Shown: one piece after another, positions 1 through 11,912 of the stretch | Position numbering within the stretch: position 1 is the first letter of the stretch | Layout: every line of letters begins with the position of its first letter | Assembly: GCA_030704615.1 (NCBI GenBank) | Contig: CM060732.1 | Span: forward strand, 61,380,001-61,444,000 | Reading direction: 5' to 3' | Origin: Takakia lepidozioides | Lineage: Eukaryota; Plantae; Bryophyta | Length of the DNA: 64,000 bases | Position numbers and translations under genes: made by a program | The notes under the pieces: generated by a model | The model's database searches: none | Told to the model about the DNA's origin: nothing | Seen by the model: the letters and a program-made list of their open reading frames with translations, nothing else

Positions 1-2079
1 GTTAGGAGTTTGAAGTTTTAACTCACGGATTGTAGGTGAGAGTTGTGCACTGAAACAGCTCAACAACATGTGCCTAGAAGCTACCAACTTGGATTCTCCC
101 AAGTGGACAGCAAGTCCGGCATGGCTCTATCTTCCAAATGGAACCTGCAAATCAGCTGATTGTGAGCTCACACGGTAAGTAAGCTTTCATATGATGTATT
201 AACAGTGCAGACCCGTGGATGCAGGCTCAGTCAAAACTGCAGGAGCAGAGGTGCCATTTGGAAAGATCTTGGAATGCTCTAGAAGAAGATTGCTACTTGG
301 TACCAACGTTGGACCCACATTCTTGTACACGTGATTTGTGGAAAGGTTACAGAACTGACTGATTCTCCGGTGCATTGCTGATGTATGAGTTGGGTGGTGG
401 GTTGAGTTAGCAAGGGTAGCCATGGACACCATTTGTTATTTCCTTAGTTGTCTCACAGGAAGCTTCCAATTGTAGTCTTCTCTATTTTGTATACATTTGG
501 TAACTCTTCATTGTTGACTTGAAGAGTATACACCATGGCTGCCTAGCCATCTTCAAAGGACACCAACCCACCTTTCATTTTGTAATGTTTGACTTTTCAA
601 GAAGCATTTCGTTTTATCAGATGACCTTTTTTTATGGGGAGAATTAAAATATGGATCATCTCTTCAGTGGATTAAACTATCTTGTTAGAGCCTTCTATAA
701 TAATTGCAAAGTGAGAGGAACTCCTGCTGAAGCCAACATGAATAAGAGCTCTTCTCTATTTGGGCATTGCCCATTCTGATGGGCAAGTTCGTTGTGATAT
801 TTGAGACATGCATACACACCCCTTCTGTACTTGGCACCTTTCCTACTAAATTTCTTACTAAAATTCTAGGTCTGCAGATATAAGCAACTGTAGAATAGTG
901 TCTCTTCACTCACAACACTTGTCCAGATCAGAGTCCCCTTATCCCACTGTAGAAACATACATAACAGCACACTGTTCATTCAGTCAAATAAAAAACACAT
1001 GAGAGTCAACTGATCCCCTGATTTTTTATACACCAAGAGAGGTTCCCGTTGTGGAAAACAACCACACCCAATGTGAGAGAGGAATTGGCTCCATAAAGCC
1101 TCAACCATCACCTACATTATATGCAACCAACCACCCACTAAAAATACCCAATGAGGACAGATTGAGAGTCCAGGTCAAACTACCTAGGATTCCAGATCAC
1201 ATGGCTTCCTTGAAAAGAAAAGCTACAACTCCGGCTATGCCCGTGTTAAAGAAGAGACGCACTTACCGGGTAAACTCTACCAATATGTTCAGGTTTGGAA
1301 GAAACTGTCAAGAGAAGAACTTCATGTAACTGCAGGATGCAAATGAGGAACCACAGATGTCCTACACGTGTGCTCAACAAAACAGCAAGAGCAATGTGGA
1401 CATCCCACAAGTGTGTGTATAATGTAAGGGACACAAGCAGCAATAGCTAAAGAGGGATTCCATGTGTATGTGTGACAGACAGCAAGAGCCTAGCGGCCAA
1501 GTTGGGACAGAGAAACAAGAGTATTGTGGCATGCGCCACACAGACTTCTCAACAAGATTTGAAAATAGCCGAGGGAGAGAGCTGCTGCAGCAGCAAGTCG
1601 TATCTGAATTTTACAGAAAATTATCTGGACCCCATGGTCCTGAGTGCAAAATATTTTACACAGCTGATCTCACCTATTCCCAACAACCCTCGGACAGTCA
1701 ACATCCATGTTGGGTTGGCATGACGGACAACCTTTGAACACTGACCTTTGAAAAGGACAGTGCTCTTCCTATGAAATCAAAAGTGGTCCATCTCTGGGCC
1801 ATGGTATAGCTTTTAATGGTTGTTTGTTCTGACCACACGCATACAGGCTAAAATGCTTAGCAATTAATAAGCTTCAGTGTTTATTTGTCAATACCAACAG
1901 AATACATGGTAATGCATGGACCTAAATGAAACTTTCAGAAAGCTGTGTGTTGAAGAGGGTTCTAAAGCACAGGTTACTCATGTATAATGTGTGAAGGAGA
2001 GAGACTCCCAAGGAAACACCAGTGGGTTTACTAGGGTGAAAGGTGTTCACTCACTGCACCAAAATGCTCACTTGAAGCA

Positions 2080-4365
2080 CTATGCTGAAGTACTTCCAAC
2101 AACCTCATTCTCTGGAGTTTCTGTACCCAATTCTGGCTTCACACGTTGTCTTTCTGCACATGCGAACCCGGGAAAATGTGAGCAAGATGGGTAACTCGAA
2201 ATACAGGGGAAGCAGCACATAGGATATTCCAGATGAGGCTTTGTGTGACTCAAATTGGCAAGTACATACGTAATGAAGAGCCATTTCATTTGTTTCCATA
2301 ATATCTCAAAAGTCTTCAAGATCAGACCACCTAGTAGCTCAGTCTCCCACATGGGCGTTCTTGGCTGAGAAAGAGCTACAGCAGTTCCACACCAAGATGT
2401 TGCTTGAGAAGCAGGGAATTATTATTTCCAACAAGATCAATGGCATACTTGCAGGACAATGAGCTTGAAACGTTGAAACAAAGCTAGCAAGAGTCAATAA
2501 CCCAGGATAGAACGAATAAAGCTCATATCTTCATAAGATTAGCAACAGATGCCTCTGCCGTCAGCAGCTAACTAACAAAAGCACCATGGAAGTTTGTGTC
2601 GCAATGAAGCAGCCCGCGTGCCAGTCTAAAGCTTATGACAATATGTCGTTACGGGTGGGGTGCCAGACTGGGTGCACACACATACAATTTCCTTACACAT
2701 CAAGGACAAGCCTGATATTAAACAGAGGAATGATGTTTTACTTTTGTTGAGAATTGATTTGCGAGTGATTTCCAGAAACTCCTCCCACTTGAATCCCTGC
2801 AGCTCCCGTTTTTCTTCTTCTGACAGTTCAAAGTTGGGTTCTCTGCCACACATATATGCCGCTCTGCCATTTCCCGACACCCTTAATGTCAGGAGCACCA
2901 TCTCTACCACTTACTGTTCTATGGATTCTTCCATCTGGACGTACAGCCCACATGCATGTTCAGTAAACAATAACCTGTAAAACTTCAAGCTGCTCCTCGC
3001 TAGATCTAGATTGCTCAAAATGCTTGCAGAACTGTGGGAACTCAAGAAGATCTACTGACTCCACGAAATCTCATCACCAAACTAAGTCATATGAGAAATA
3101 CCGGTCATAGAGACGGGCTGCCTCTTCCTGAGATCCAACAGTGCCCAAATGGACTTGTTTCTTGTCCACCTTAATCGCCGCTTGCCATTTCATGTTCTTG
3201 AAGTAAACCCCCCGCATCACACATGGCTCCTGGTTCTCCTGCTGCTTTCTTCGTTGACGCTTCCTCTTCTTTAGTTCTTTCTCTGCAGAGAAAGAAAGAC
3301 ATTAAGCACATGCTTGCATAATACTGAATAGCTGTATTACCAGTAAGTAAGTTGGATGGTTGGTTTGCCCCTTGGGCAAATGAAGAGGATCGGTAAAGAG
3401 ACCTTTTGGGTAAACATGAGATGCATAAAGTTGATGCAGACCTTGGAAGAGAGGTTGAGGAGCAGGGGTTGGATAGCTGAATCTGACCATCCCCTCCTGC
3501 AATACACCCATCTGACAATGTCAGGACTCCACCTACCATAACAGGCATCACCCAGGTTTTCTATTATCTTTCCTCCATGCTGTAAGGCCCAGTATTATAA
3601 CAAAGCCGAGCATGACAAATCACATCCACCCTCCAGGCATCACCCCTACACATAAACAGCCATAAACACCAAGCAAGCCACAGTTTCTACCAGCTTTGGT
3701 ACAATTTCCCCATTGATTAGCAACCCCACTGCTGAGGCAGCCGTCGGTTCTCCTGGACGTGGTAGTGTCCGATAGGTTTGTGGGTGGCCCTGACCGTCTG
3801 CAAGCAGGTCAGACATCAATAATTTTTAGTTGCATGCACGTTCTCATAATGCAATATCAGTGCTTGAGTCCATTCTAAGATGCCTAACACTGAAGTGCAT
3901 CCGCCTCAAAATTGCCCAAGTGCTCAACTTGAAAAATAATGTCACAATACATCACAGGATGCTTCTCTCAAGGATTTCCTTCCCTCCTGATTCAGATCAA
4001 AATAAGTCCGGTAAATGTCTAATGCAGAAACTCATCCACAGGGTAGGTGCAATACCCTGCCAACCACTCAGATTGCCGGAAGGAAAGCCCCAAGCAACCA
4101 AGCGAACATTGCAAATCTGATTCTTCTCTGGCAGCTTACCTGCATTGTATTCTGGGGCCCTTTGATGTGTTTTGAAGTGGCTTCTTATTGTTTTACTTGG
4201 TCCCATTGGACATCATAATGCTTCTTTGTGTGTGTGTGTCTCTCTCCCTCATGAGAATACAACCATGTCTTTCCCTCCCCTTTCCCCATTATTAAAAGCA
4301 CATGTTGCCTTCAGACAATTACCTGGAACTGGACCGCTTGGACGTCGCCTTCGTATGCTGACCAT
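2080..4365 (-). CDS. AP2/ERF 'Soloist' transcription factor (At4g13040/APD1-like), 6 coding exons, ~193 aa
   Basis: Manual splicing with GT-AG introns and consistent phases: 4365-4323 (MVSIRRRRPSGPVP), 3797-3691, 3496-3442, 3282-3102 (EKELKKRKRQRRKQQENQEPCVMRGVYFKNMKWQAAIKVDKKQVHLGTVGSQEEAARLYDR), 2863-2742 (AAYMCGREPNFELSEEEKRELQGFKWEEFLEITRKSILNK), 2153-2080. The MVS.RRRR start and QEPC.MRGVY.KNMKWQAAIKV...CGREPNFELSEE are Soloist-clade signatures. The ORF track does not show it as one ORF. Exons 2, 3 and 6 are less certain. Confidence 0.9.
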
Positions 4366-5152
4366 GCTTAATTTCCTTCCACCTAGCTGCCTTGCTTCTA
4401 TCTTTCTTTCTCCAGCGCTGTAGTGCGCTACTTATGACATTGGGGCTTTTCTGAGGCAGATTGTCATTTCCCCCCCTGGTAATCAACCGACAAAAATATT
4501 CAGTCCATGTGTTTGTCCAACCTGTCGCATCTCACCATAACAAGAAAACCACAGAAACAAACATGATAGCAAACCATAGTTCCCAACTCCACCCAAGAAA
4601 ATCATCTAAATGAGAACTTTGAATGACTTCACATCTGTAGTGAATCAAGCTCACTGGATAATGAATGGTGACCACTGGGCTCGGCATAGCTGCAGCCTTA
4701 AGGACTGTCTGGTCCAGCAAAGACACTTACTCATTGCTTGAAAATCTAAGATGTGGGTCATCGAGACAATGTCATGCTTGCTCATCATAACACAGATGGT
4801 ATGATTCTCTTTCAAAATCAGCAGACATCCAGAGACCCCACATCGATGCACCCATCCTTGTCTTCCCCATTTTCTATTGAAAGAGCATGTGATTACAATT
4901 CAAACATTTTGCTGGCTTCTTTAACTCAACAAGGGGGAAAAAAATCCTGTAACCACCATTTCAAAAGCAGAGATCTTACTGTCACCCTGAGCAATCGGGC
5001 GACCGACCACTTCATGGTTAAGCTTTTCTGACAAGTGGAACTTCCTATTTCACTCCAGTAAAAATGCCTGCATGAAGAATGTATGTATTCATAAAAGAAA
5101 GTTTCCAAAATTCATTCACCTTTAGTCAAAGATGCCTCTCTCTTTCTCTCTA

Positions 5153-5183
5153 CCCTCCTCCTCCTCCTCCTCCTCCTCCTCCT
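5153..5183. repeat. (CCT)n microsatellite
   Basis: About 10 CCT units, inside the predicted 5' leader of the AP2 gene. Confidence 0.9.
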
Positions 5184-6582
5184 TTCTTGAAGTCTCTAAT
5201 AGCCCAAGACGGTTTTTCCTCATTAAGACTTTCAATTCAATCTTTCCTATCACCGTGGGTGTTCTGCATGGAATTTCGATCCTTCTCATTACACAGTTTC
5301 AATTTGCTTGGACAGGGAAGGAGAGAAGGAGAGCACTCTATCCCTCTTTCAGGGGGGACTCACGCACCAATTTCCAAGTAATAAAGGGTTAGCAAATCTG
5401 GAGTAATAAAGGATGTACTGTCAGGAAACGTACAAAACAGAAAGGGAGGCAGAAAAAAAAGGGTCACCTTTTTCCAGGATCAAAGTGGACAGGAAACAGC
5501 CACCATTTTCAAGCACTGATTGCATCTCAGAGCTCCTTCATGCTCAAAACGAGAAAGTATTATGAGCTAGTTTACCAAGATGAGTAAGAGAGAGCCCCCG
5601 GACAAGGCAAGTCATCTACCTCAAGCCGACAAGCACCAGCATATATTCCCGATGTTCACCGAACTACACACTATGGAGCTATTGTTGTGTTTAGGGCCTA
5701 AATTGAACCAAAACACAACTCATGAGGCATTTATGACCAAGGTGGCTGAGCCACCATTACACAATTCGTTCTTGAAAGGAGATGCAACCAAAAAACTGTT
5801 GCTCGGTTGAGCTCCAGAGCATCATTTCTCACTGCAATGGAACGGCAGACGTACACACATGCTAGAACTCCTACGGTCTTCTCAACTACATGCACCTACA
5901 TCAAAGGTCAACCATCCAGAAAAAGGTGACGAGATGAGGCACGCGTCTGCAGAATTGAGAAGCGGCTGAACAAGAATTCCACTTCTTTCAATGCGTAAAA
6001 CACAATCGGCGTACCCAGAAAAAGACGGTCCAAACTCACCTGCCTTCTTGCCACCTTTCCGCAGACGAGCCCGATCGAAAACCTCAGCGAAGAAAGACAC
6101 AGCCAAACCCCGTGATAGACACACCCAGATAAAAAAAGAGAAAGAAACTGGAAAATCCGCCTCCCAGACTGCTGGTAGGGTACCCCCCCTTCCCCGCCAC
6201 CTCAAGATGTCATCTCCACTCCTCTCTGTCCCTCGTCCAATACAAACTCTGCACTCTAGGCCGCTTCTCCACAACTACAGTCCGTCATAGCCCACACCAC
6301 GCAGACTGGCAGATCCAGCACCAGGCATCCTCCTCCAATGCTCTCGATGGCACAGCACGCGCAGGCAGAGAGAGAGAGAGAGAGAGAGGAGAGTAAGAAA
6401 AAAAGCTGGCTCACGCAAGCCAAAACACAGCAGGGTGGCGAGCCTGTTTCTCCACTGCAACCGCGGCAATCGCCACCCTCGTGTTTGCAATCTAATCTGC
6501 CGAGGCCGTTTGGCGAAACCTGGCTATAGCACCTTTGACTTACACCTGCTGTTAATAATGCGTCTTGCTTCTTCGTGCCTCA

Positions 6583-6629
6583 GACCGCGGTCGCTCTAAC
6601 TCACCGCGGTCACTCAACTGACCGCGGTC
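6583..6629. promoter_or_regulatory. Three ACCGCGGT palindromes (CGCG-box-like) upstream of the AP2 gene
   Basis: GACCGCGGTC 6583-6592, CACCGCGGTC 6602-6611 and GACCGCGGTC 6620-6629. Function is inferred. Confidence 0.45.
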
Positions 6630-9600
6630 GCCCGCCACCCCTGTCGGCAGCTTTGCTTGCGCCCCGCAGAGGTGTCACATCTATATATATATGTATATAT
6701 ACATGTCTATATAAAGAATAACATAATATATATCTTTTTAAAAACAATTAACCCCCTTTCATTTATGATCCAATAATCATGCAATAAAATCACCAGGGTC
6801 GTCGTCCCCTGTTTTATTGAAAAAATAAATTATGGGGTCATATATCTTATATAAATATATTTGTTTTGATTTGTTTTTTTGACAGGGGATGCATTTTAGT
6901 ACAATTGAAAATAGTTATAATTCAAATAAAGACGGTTCTGAGGGTCCGCCCCTCTTCCCCAAAAAAATAAAAATAAATGAAAAACAAATAGAAAACTGAA
7001 ATGAGACTGAAAGAAGGGAAATTTTTATTACAAAATTTACTGGGGTTTTAATTCTTTTTCCCGTCAACAATGCTATCAGCCTCCGAAACAAATAGAACAA
7101 TAACCATGTTGGATTTTCGGACACCGCTAATTAACTCATGGAAATTAGTATCAGTATTAGTATGATTATGATTATGATTATTATTATTATTATTTTGGAA
7201 ATTATTAATTCATTGGGCTCAATCCTGCCTTGGGGCTGGCAGGGGCTGTGTTTCCGTCTTCCTCTGTGGCTCAGAAAGGCTTAATTTCCCCCCTCAAGGC
7301 CCAATGGCTGTGGCTCGGGTTTCCTTAGAAGGAGTAAAAGAAAAAACGAAAAAAACATCATTGAATGTTAATCAAGTATATAATATACCGAGAAATTTGG
7401 TGTAGTATATAATCAGTTGTGTTAGAATTAAAATGTTTAATTTGAGAAAATAGAACAAAAAATTCACTCATGCACTTACTAAACAATAATGAAAGCTGAC
7501 TGGTTTCAAGCTTGAAAATCAAAATGTAAAACATAACCCCTTTTTTTCATAACTTAATTGTTTTCATCACCCTAACTATAACTGATCTGTCAGCTAAATG
7601 ATACTAGAATAGTGAGCAAGAGTACAGTATCACAGAAGTGAGCATATGATCATGTTCAAAGCGTGTGACCTAACTGCTCACATGCTCTCAGGCTCTGTAC
7701 CTGCGATTATCTCTTTTACATTGCAATTTATTACTGCTAAATATATTATTCAAGAAAATCAAAAGTGGAAGTAAAAAGGTAGGTTCTTCTGCTGCTCCAT
7801 GTGATCAGCACTGTTAAGTATTCATGAATTGTTATCCATGAACACTGAGCGGCGCATTTTACCGCACAAACTTTGCCAATCCCCTAAACATATATCGGAT
7901 GTTTGATGATAGAGACTCTTGCGACGGCCAACCACTCAATTATTGTCCACTTTTCCCTTATGGGTCCCCATGAGATCTGAAGAAATACATTGGATTGAAC
8001 CACATCCACAATACACCAGCCCAGAGCTACATAGAAACAGTGGATTCAGGCTTATTATCCCTCCTCATGCCTCTTCCGTTTTTTTATCCTGTGTTGGGTT
8101 GTCGTCCCATTTTCCCCCAAGATCACTTTGCACGGTTTCTCTTTTATCTGGGGAAGGTGGACTTTGTCTTGGATTGCACTTTACTTTTCACCCTTGTTCA
8201 AATCTCCCACATGGTGTCTCCTGATATCTTTTCTAGTCCTTTTTTTTTTTTTTTTTTTTTTTTTCTTTGGAAATTTTCTTGGGACCTTGTCCCACCTTCA
8301 CATCCCACACAACCCTAGAAATCCCATTTTGGTGAGTGGATGAAAGCATATAAAACATATTCATCTTTAGTCCCCCAACAAATGCATTATGTGAAGACTT
8401 TTTATTGTTTTTTATTGTTTTTACACAAAAGGGAATTTTATTGTAAGAAAGCCAGTGAATGAAACTTAGTTCCGCATATTTAGAGGGAAAACATATTTGG
8501 AGTACAAACATAATCTAGTTAATTTCCTTTACATGTTTCCAATCCCAATTAGTTGAGTTCAAGTGCAAACTCATGTCAAATGTAATGAAGCAAGCAAAAA
8601 TGCACAATAAATGTGTTGGTAGACTGGTCAAGTTGCATTGTGGAATGTTTCAATGAGGGAAGCAAAGAGTACTATGTCCTTGAGGCTTGAGCTCCTCCAT
8701 AAGAGGACCATGAGACAGAATGTATATTGACGTGTAGCGCTTTCGAATACGAGGAAAGAGAGAGTAAAAGAGGAAGAAAGCCTGAGGAAAAGGATGACGT
8801 CCGTGATGAGGAGTTTCAGACCTGCGACTGGCCTATAATGGAGTTTCTCAGCTTTTTTGTTGCTCACCCACATTGAAGGACTTCATATAATAGAGATTTG
8901 CCGAGTATGCTCCAAAACCATTTCATTTCAGGAACATATGCTTCTAGCTCCTTTCATGTGGGCAATTTGACAAAGAGCCTCGATAGTCTTCACGCCTAGG
9001 TATGACTGTGCCATAGATAGCTCACATCAAGTGAGATAGATATACGGTGGAAATTCATGTCTTCATTTGTAACTAGCAAATGAGATGCAAGTAGCTGGGA
9101 AATTTAAAGAGGAACACTAGGGGAACACTTGACCCAATGTTGTATAACTCATACGAGCCAGGCGAGAAATCTTCTAACTAGCCAACGTAATCTAGCAAAG
9201 CTTCTAGCATGCCAGAATCTGACAATTATTCTTCGAACCTTCGTATTCTTATCCCACAATGAATATTGATCCGCTTGCATCAGTGATAAGAATGACAAGC
9301 CCATGACAAGCCTTAGTACTGCATGCCTCAATTCGCACCCTTCAATGTCTTCTGTGTCACTGCTTTAGGAGGTGTCTAGTTCATATAGCTGATAGGTAAG
9401 GTTGCTATAAGCGGATGTATACTCTGCCCATCATCTTCCCCTTATCTTCCTTACTTTATCTTCATGGAATCAAGCCAAATACATCCAGACCATTCGGTGT
9501 GGCGGCTCACCTTACTATAATGTATTTCAAGCGTCATCTACGCGTTGGGTCGACCGATGGTTGCCACAACACCTAAGTAGTGACGTCCTCTGTGCGCCAT

Positions 9601-11912
9601 CAATGTCCTATGATGCACATGCCCCTACAGCCACAAAGAGCCAAGGCGAGTCTAAATTTCAGTCCAGTGCCGAGGATAGGTAGGCACTTAGATCATCCTT
9701 AACGTCCTCACTTATGTGAAGTGAAGGAAATTGAAATTAAGGGGGAGCCTTTTGTGGATAGGTCTGTCTTGCAGGAGGCAGAGAGGGTTGTGCTATGGGC
9801 AGTTTGTTCTGATGCAAGCTTCATAGAATCTAGAAGCTAGACAGGATGGTTCTTGTAGAGCTGGTGAAGCTGTTTGAGATCACAGTCAATTAGGCTGACT
9901 GTCTTCATTCATGCGGCACTGTTGCAAGATCAAACTATCCACTTGAGGTTTCATCTCATCTCTCTTCAATAGTTCATAATTATTTTGAAAGGAGACGGGC
10001 AGTACAATATGTGGGAGATCTGGCACCTTTTTGTTTTGCTAGAGTGTAGTTCTAAGCTTGAGCATGGTATCACTATGATGCTACTGTCAATATGGAGCTT
10101 ACGATCCTTGGAAATTTTGTTTTTTCTCCTTCTCTAATATTTCTATTCTCGCAAGCATGCCTTTCCTCTCTACATCTCTCCCACACTTCGGAGACCATAG
10201 ACCCCATTTGGATTCACAGTTTGTCAAAGTACCTCTTCTCAAAGTGTCCACAAATGAAAAGGAAAGGACATTAGGCTTCCAGTACAGTATGTATGCACAG
10301 GAAAGACATGTTTAGCACACTTCTTTGGAGTGCAGTTGATTGACACAAAATCCTGTTTACATGAGGCATTCCAAAAGGTTGGCCAGCTTTAGATTTGTCT
10401 TTATTGGAAGAACTCAGACCAACTGGTTATACATGTATGGAACACCAGAGAACATTTAGGCCACCCCCTCAAGAAAAGAAAGGAGACTGTATTAATACAT
10501 GTTTGAAGACAAATTTGCAGACCAAAAGCCTAGACCTGCAGTTGTATCATCGACCCCCCTTCGAAAGGGATAAAAGGGGAAGTGAGAATAATAAAATGCT
10601 CTCTTCAGAAGGTGCACTCACACCAGTGCATCACTTGAGAAAGGAGAAAAAAGTCAAATGACATCACTGGTTGCACACCAGATTAAGGGGGCACTTCAAA
10701 TCCCACTTCAAATAAACAAATTTTAAGCAAAAGAGATTCAAGTTACATGGTTTCTAAATGGTGCTATAATGGGGTAAAACATGTAATATACACAAGTTGG
10801 ATCCTAGTTTTACAACTATAGCACCATACAAAGGCTGCCTACTGGGGCTTTCTTGATATACCTTCCAAACCTTCAGCAACCCTCCTGTTGGCAATGTCTA
10901 GAACGATAATTTGAAGTAAATACGATAAGAATGTCACTGACACTTTTCTAACATCGTTTCCTCCTGGAATACTTGATTTGATACCTTCTGCAGTTTATCT
11001 TGCTTTCCTGAGGTGGTATCCAGCATCACCATCCCCATCCCTCCTCCACGCAACTCTTGCTCCCTTGAAAGAGTGACGTTGCTCTCAATCCAGGCCCACC
11101 AAAATCTTGGGTCCCCGATGAGATCAAAAGCAACCACATGAATTGCTCTTTCTCCTCCACAATGGGGCATCATCCATTACCGCAGGTTTACTTAAAACTG
11201 TGGCTGCACTTCTGGCCACTAGAGAATGAGCCAAAAGTTCATTTGACCAATCCCCTGACTGTATCTCTGCCTCCTCTCCCCTGTGATACAGGTAGCGGAT
11301 GTGACTGAACTCATACAACAAACCAACCTGCTTCTCTACTATCTTAGTGAGTCGCTTTCCTGCGAGTTGTTCCAACTACTCCCCCTCCGTACAAATATTG
11401 GAAGTGAACAACCCCAAAGGATGAACCCACCTGTTGCAACTAGCATGATGAACCACTTCTACGGGACTTGCTGCAACACCTCCCTTGTCCATGAACCTTC
11501 TGCGTAAACACACTGCAACCTCCTACACTAGAGGCGACCAAGAAGACCGCAAAAAGATCCTGCAGGCAGCTTCGTCCCTGCAGATGCTCTCATATAAGCA
11601 ATAAGGCAATAACCTCCTGAAGGAGATTGAGGAACCATGGAGCTCTTGCAAAGGATTCAGCACATGGAAGTTCGAACAAAAGATAAACGAGTTGCGAGTT
11701 GTCATTCCGACGGTAAGCAGAATATTCACAAAGATGAGGTGCAGCTCAATCAAGCAAGAAATTTGATAGCAGCTCTCACTTGTGTGGGTTCACTGTTCCC
11801 TCCCCCACTGGACGTTTCCTTCCGAGTTAGAAAGTTAAACGCATTGCACAGGAAAGCGCCCATATGTAAGAGGCCTTTCCACATTTATCGTCATTATCAC
11901 TCTCTCACCACC

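Noticed and set aside
2080-4206. Initial impression of a BTB/BACK pseudogene from scattered ORF-track peptides
   Set aside because: Re-framing by splice sites gives an intact AP2 Soloist gene, and the apparent stops lie in introns.
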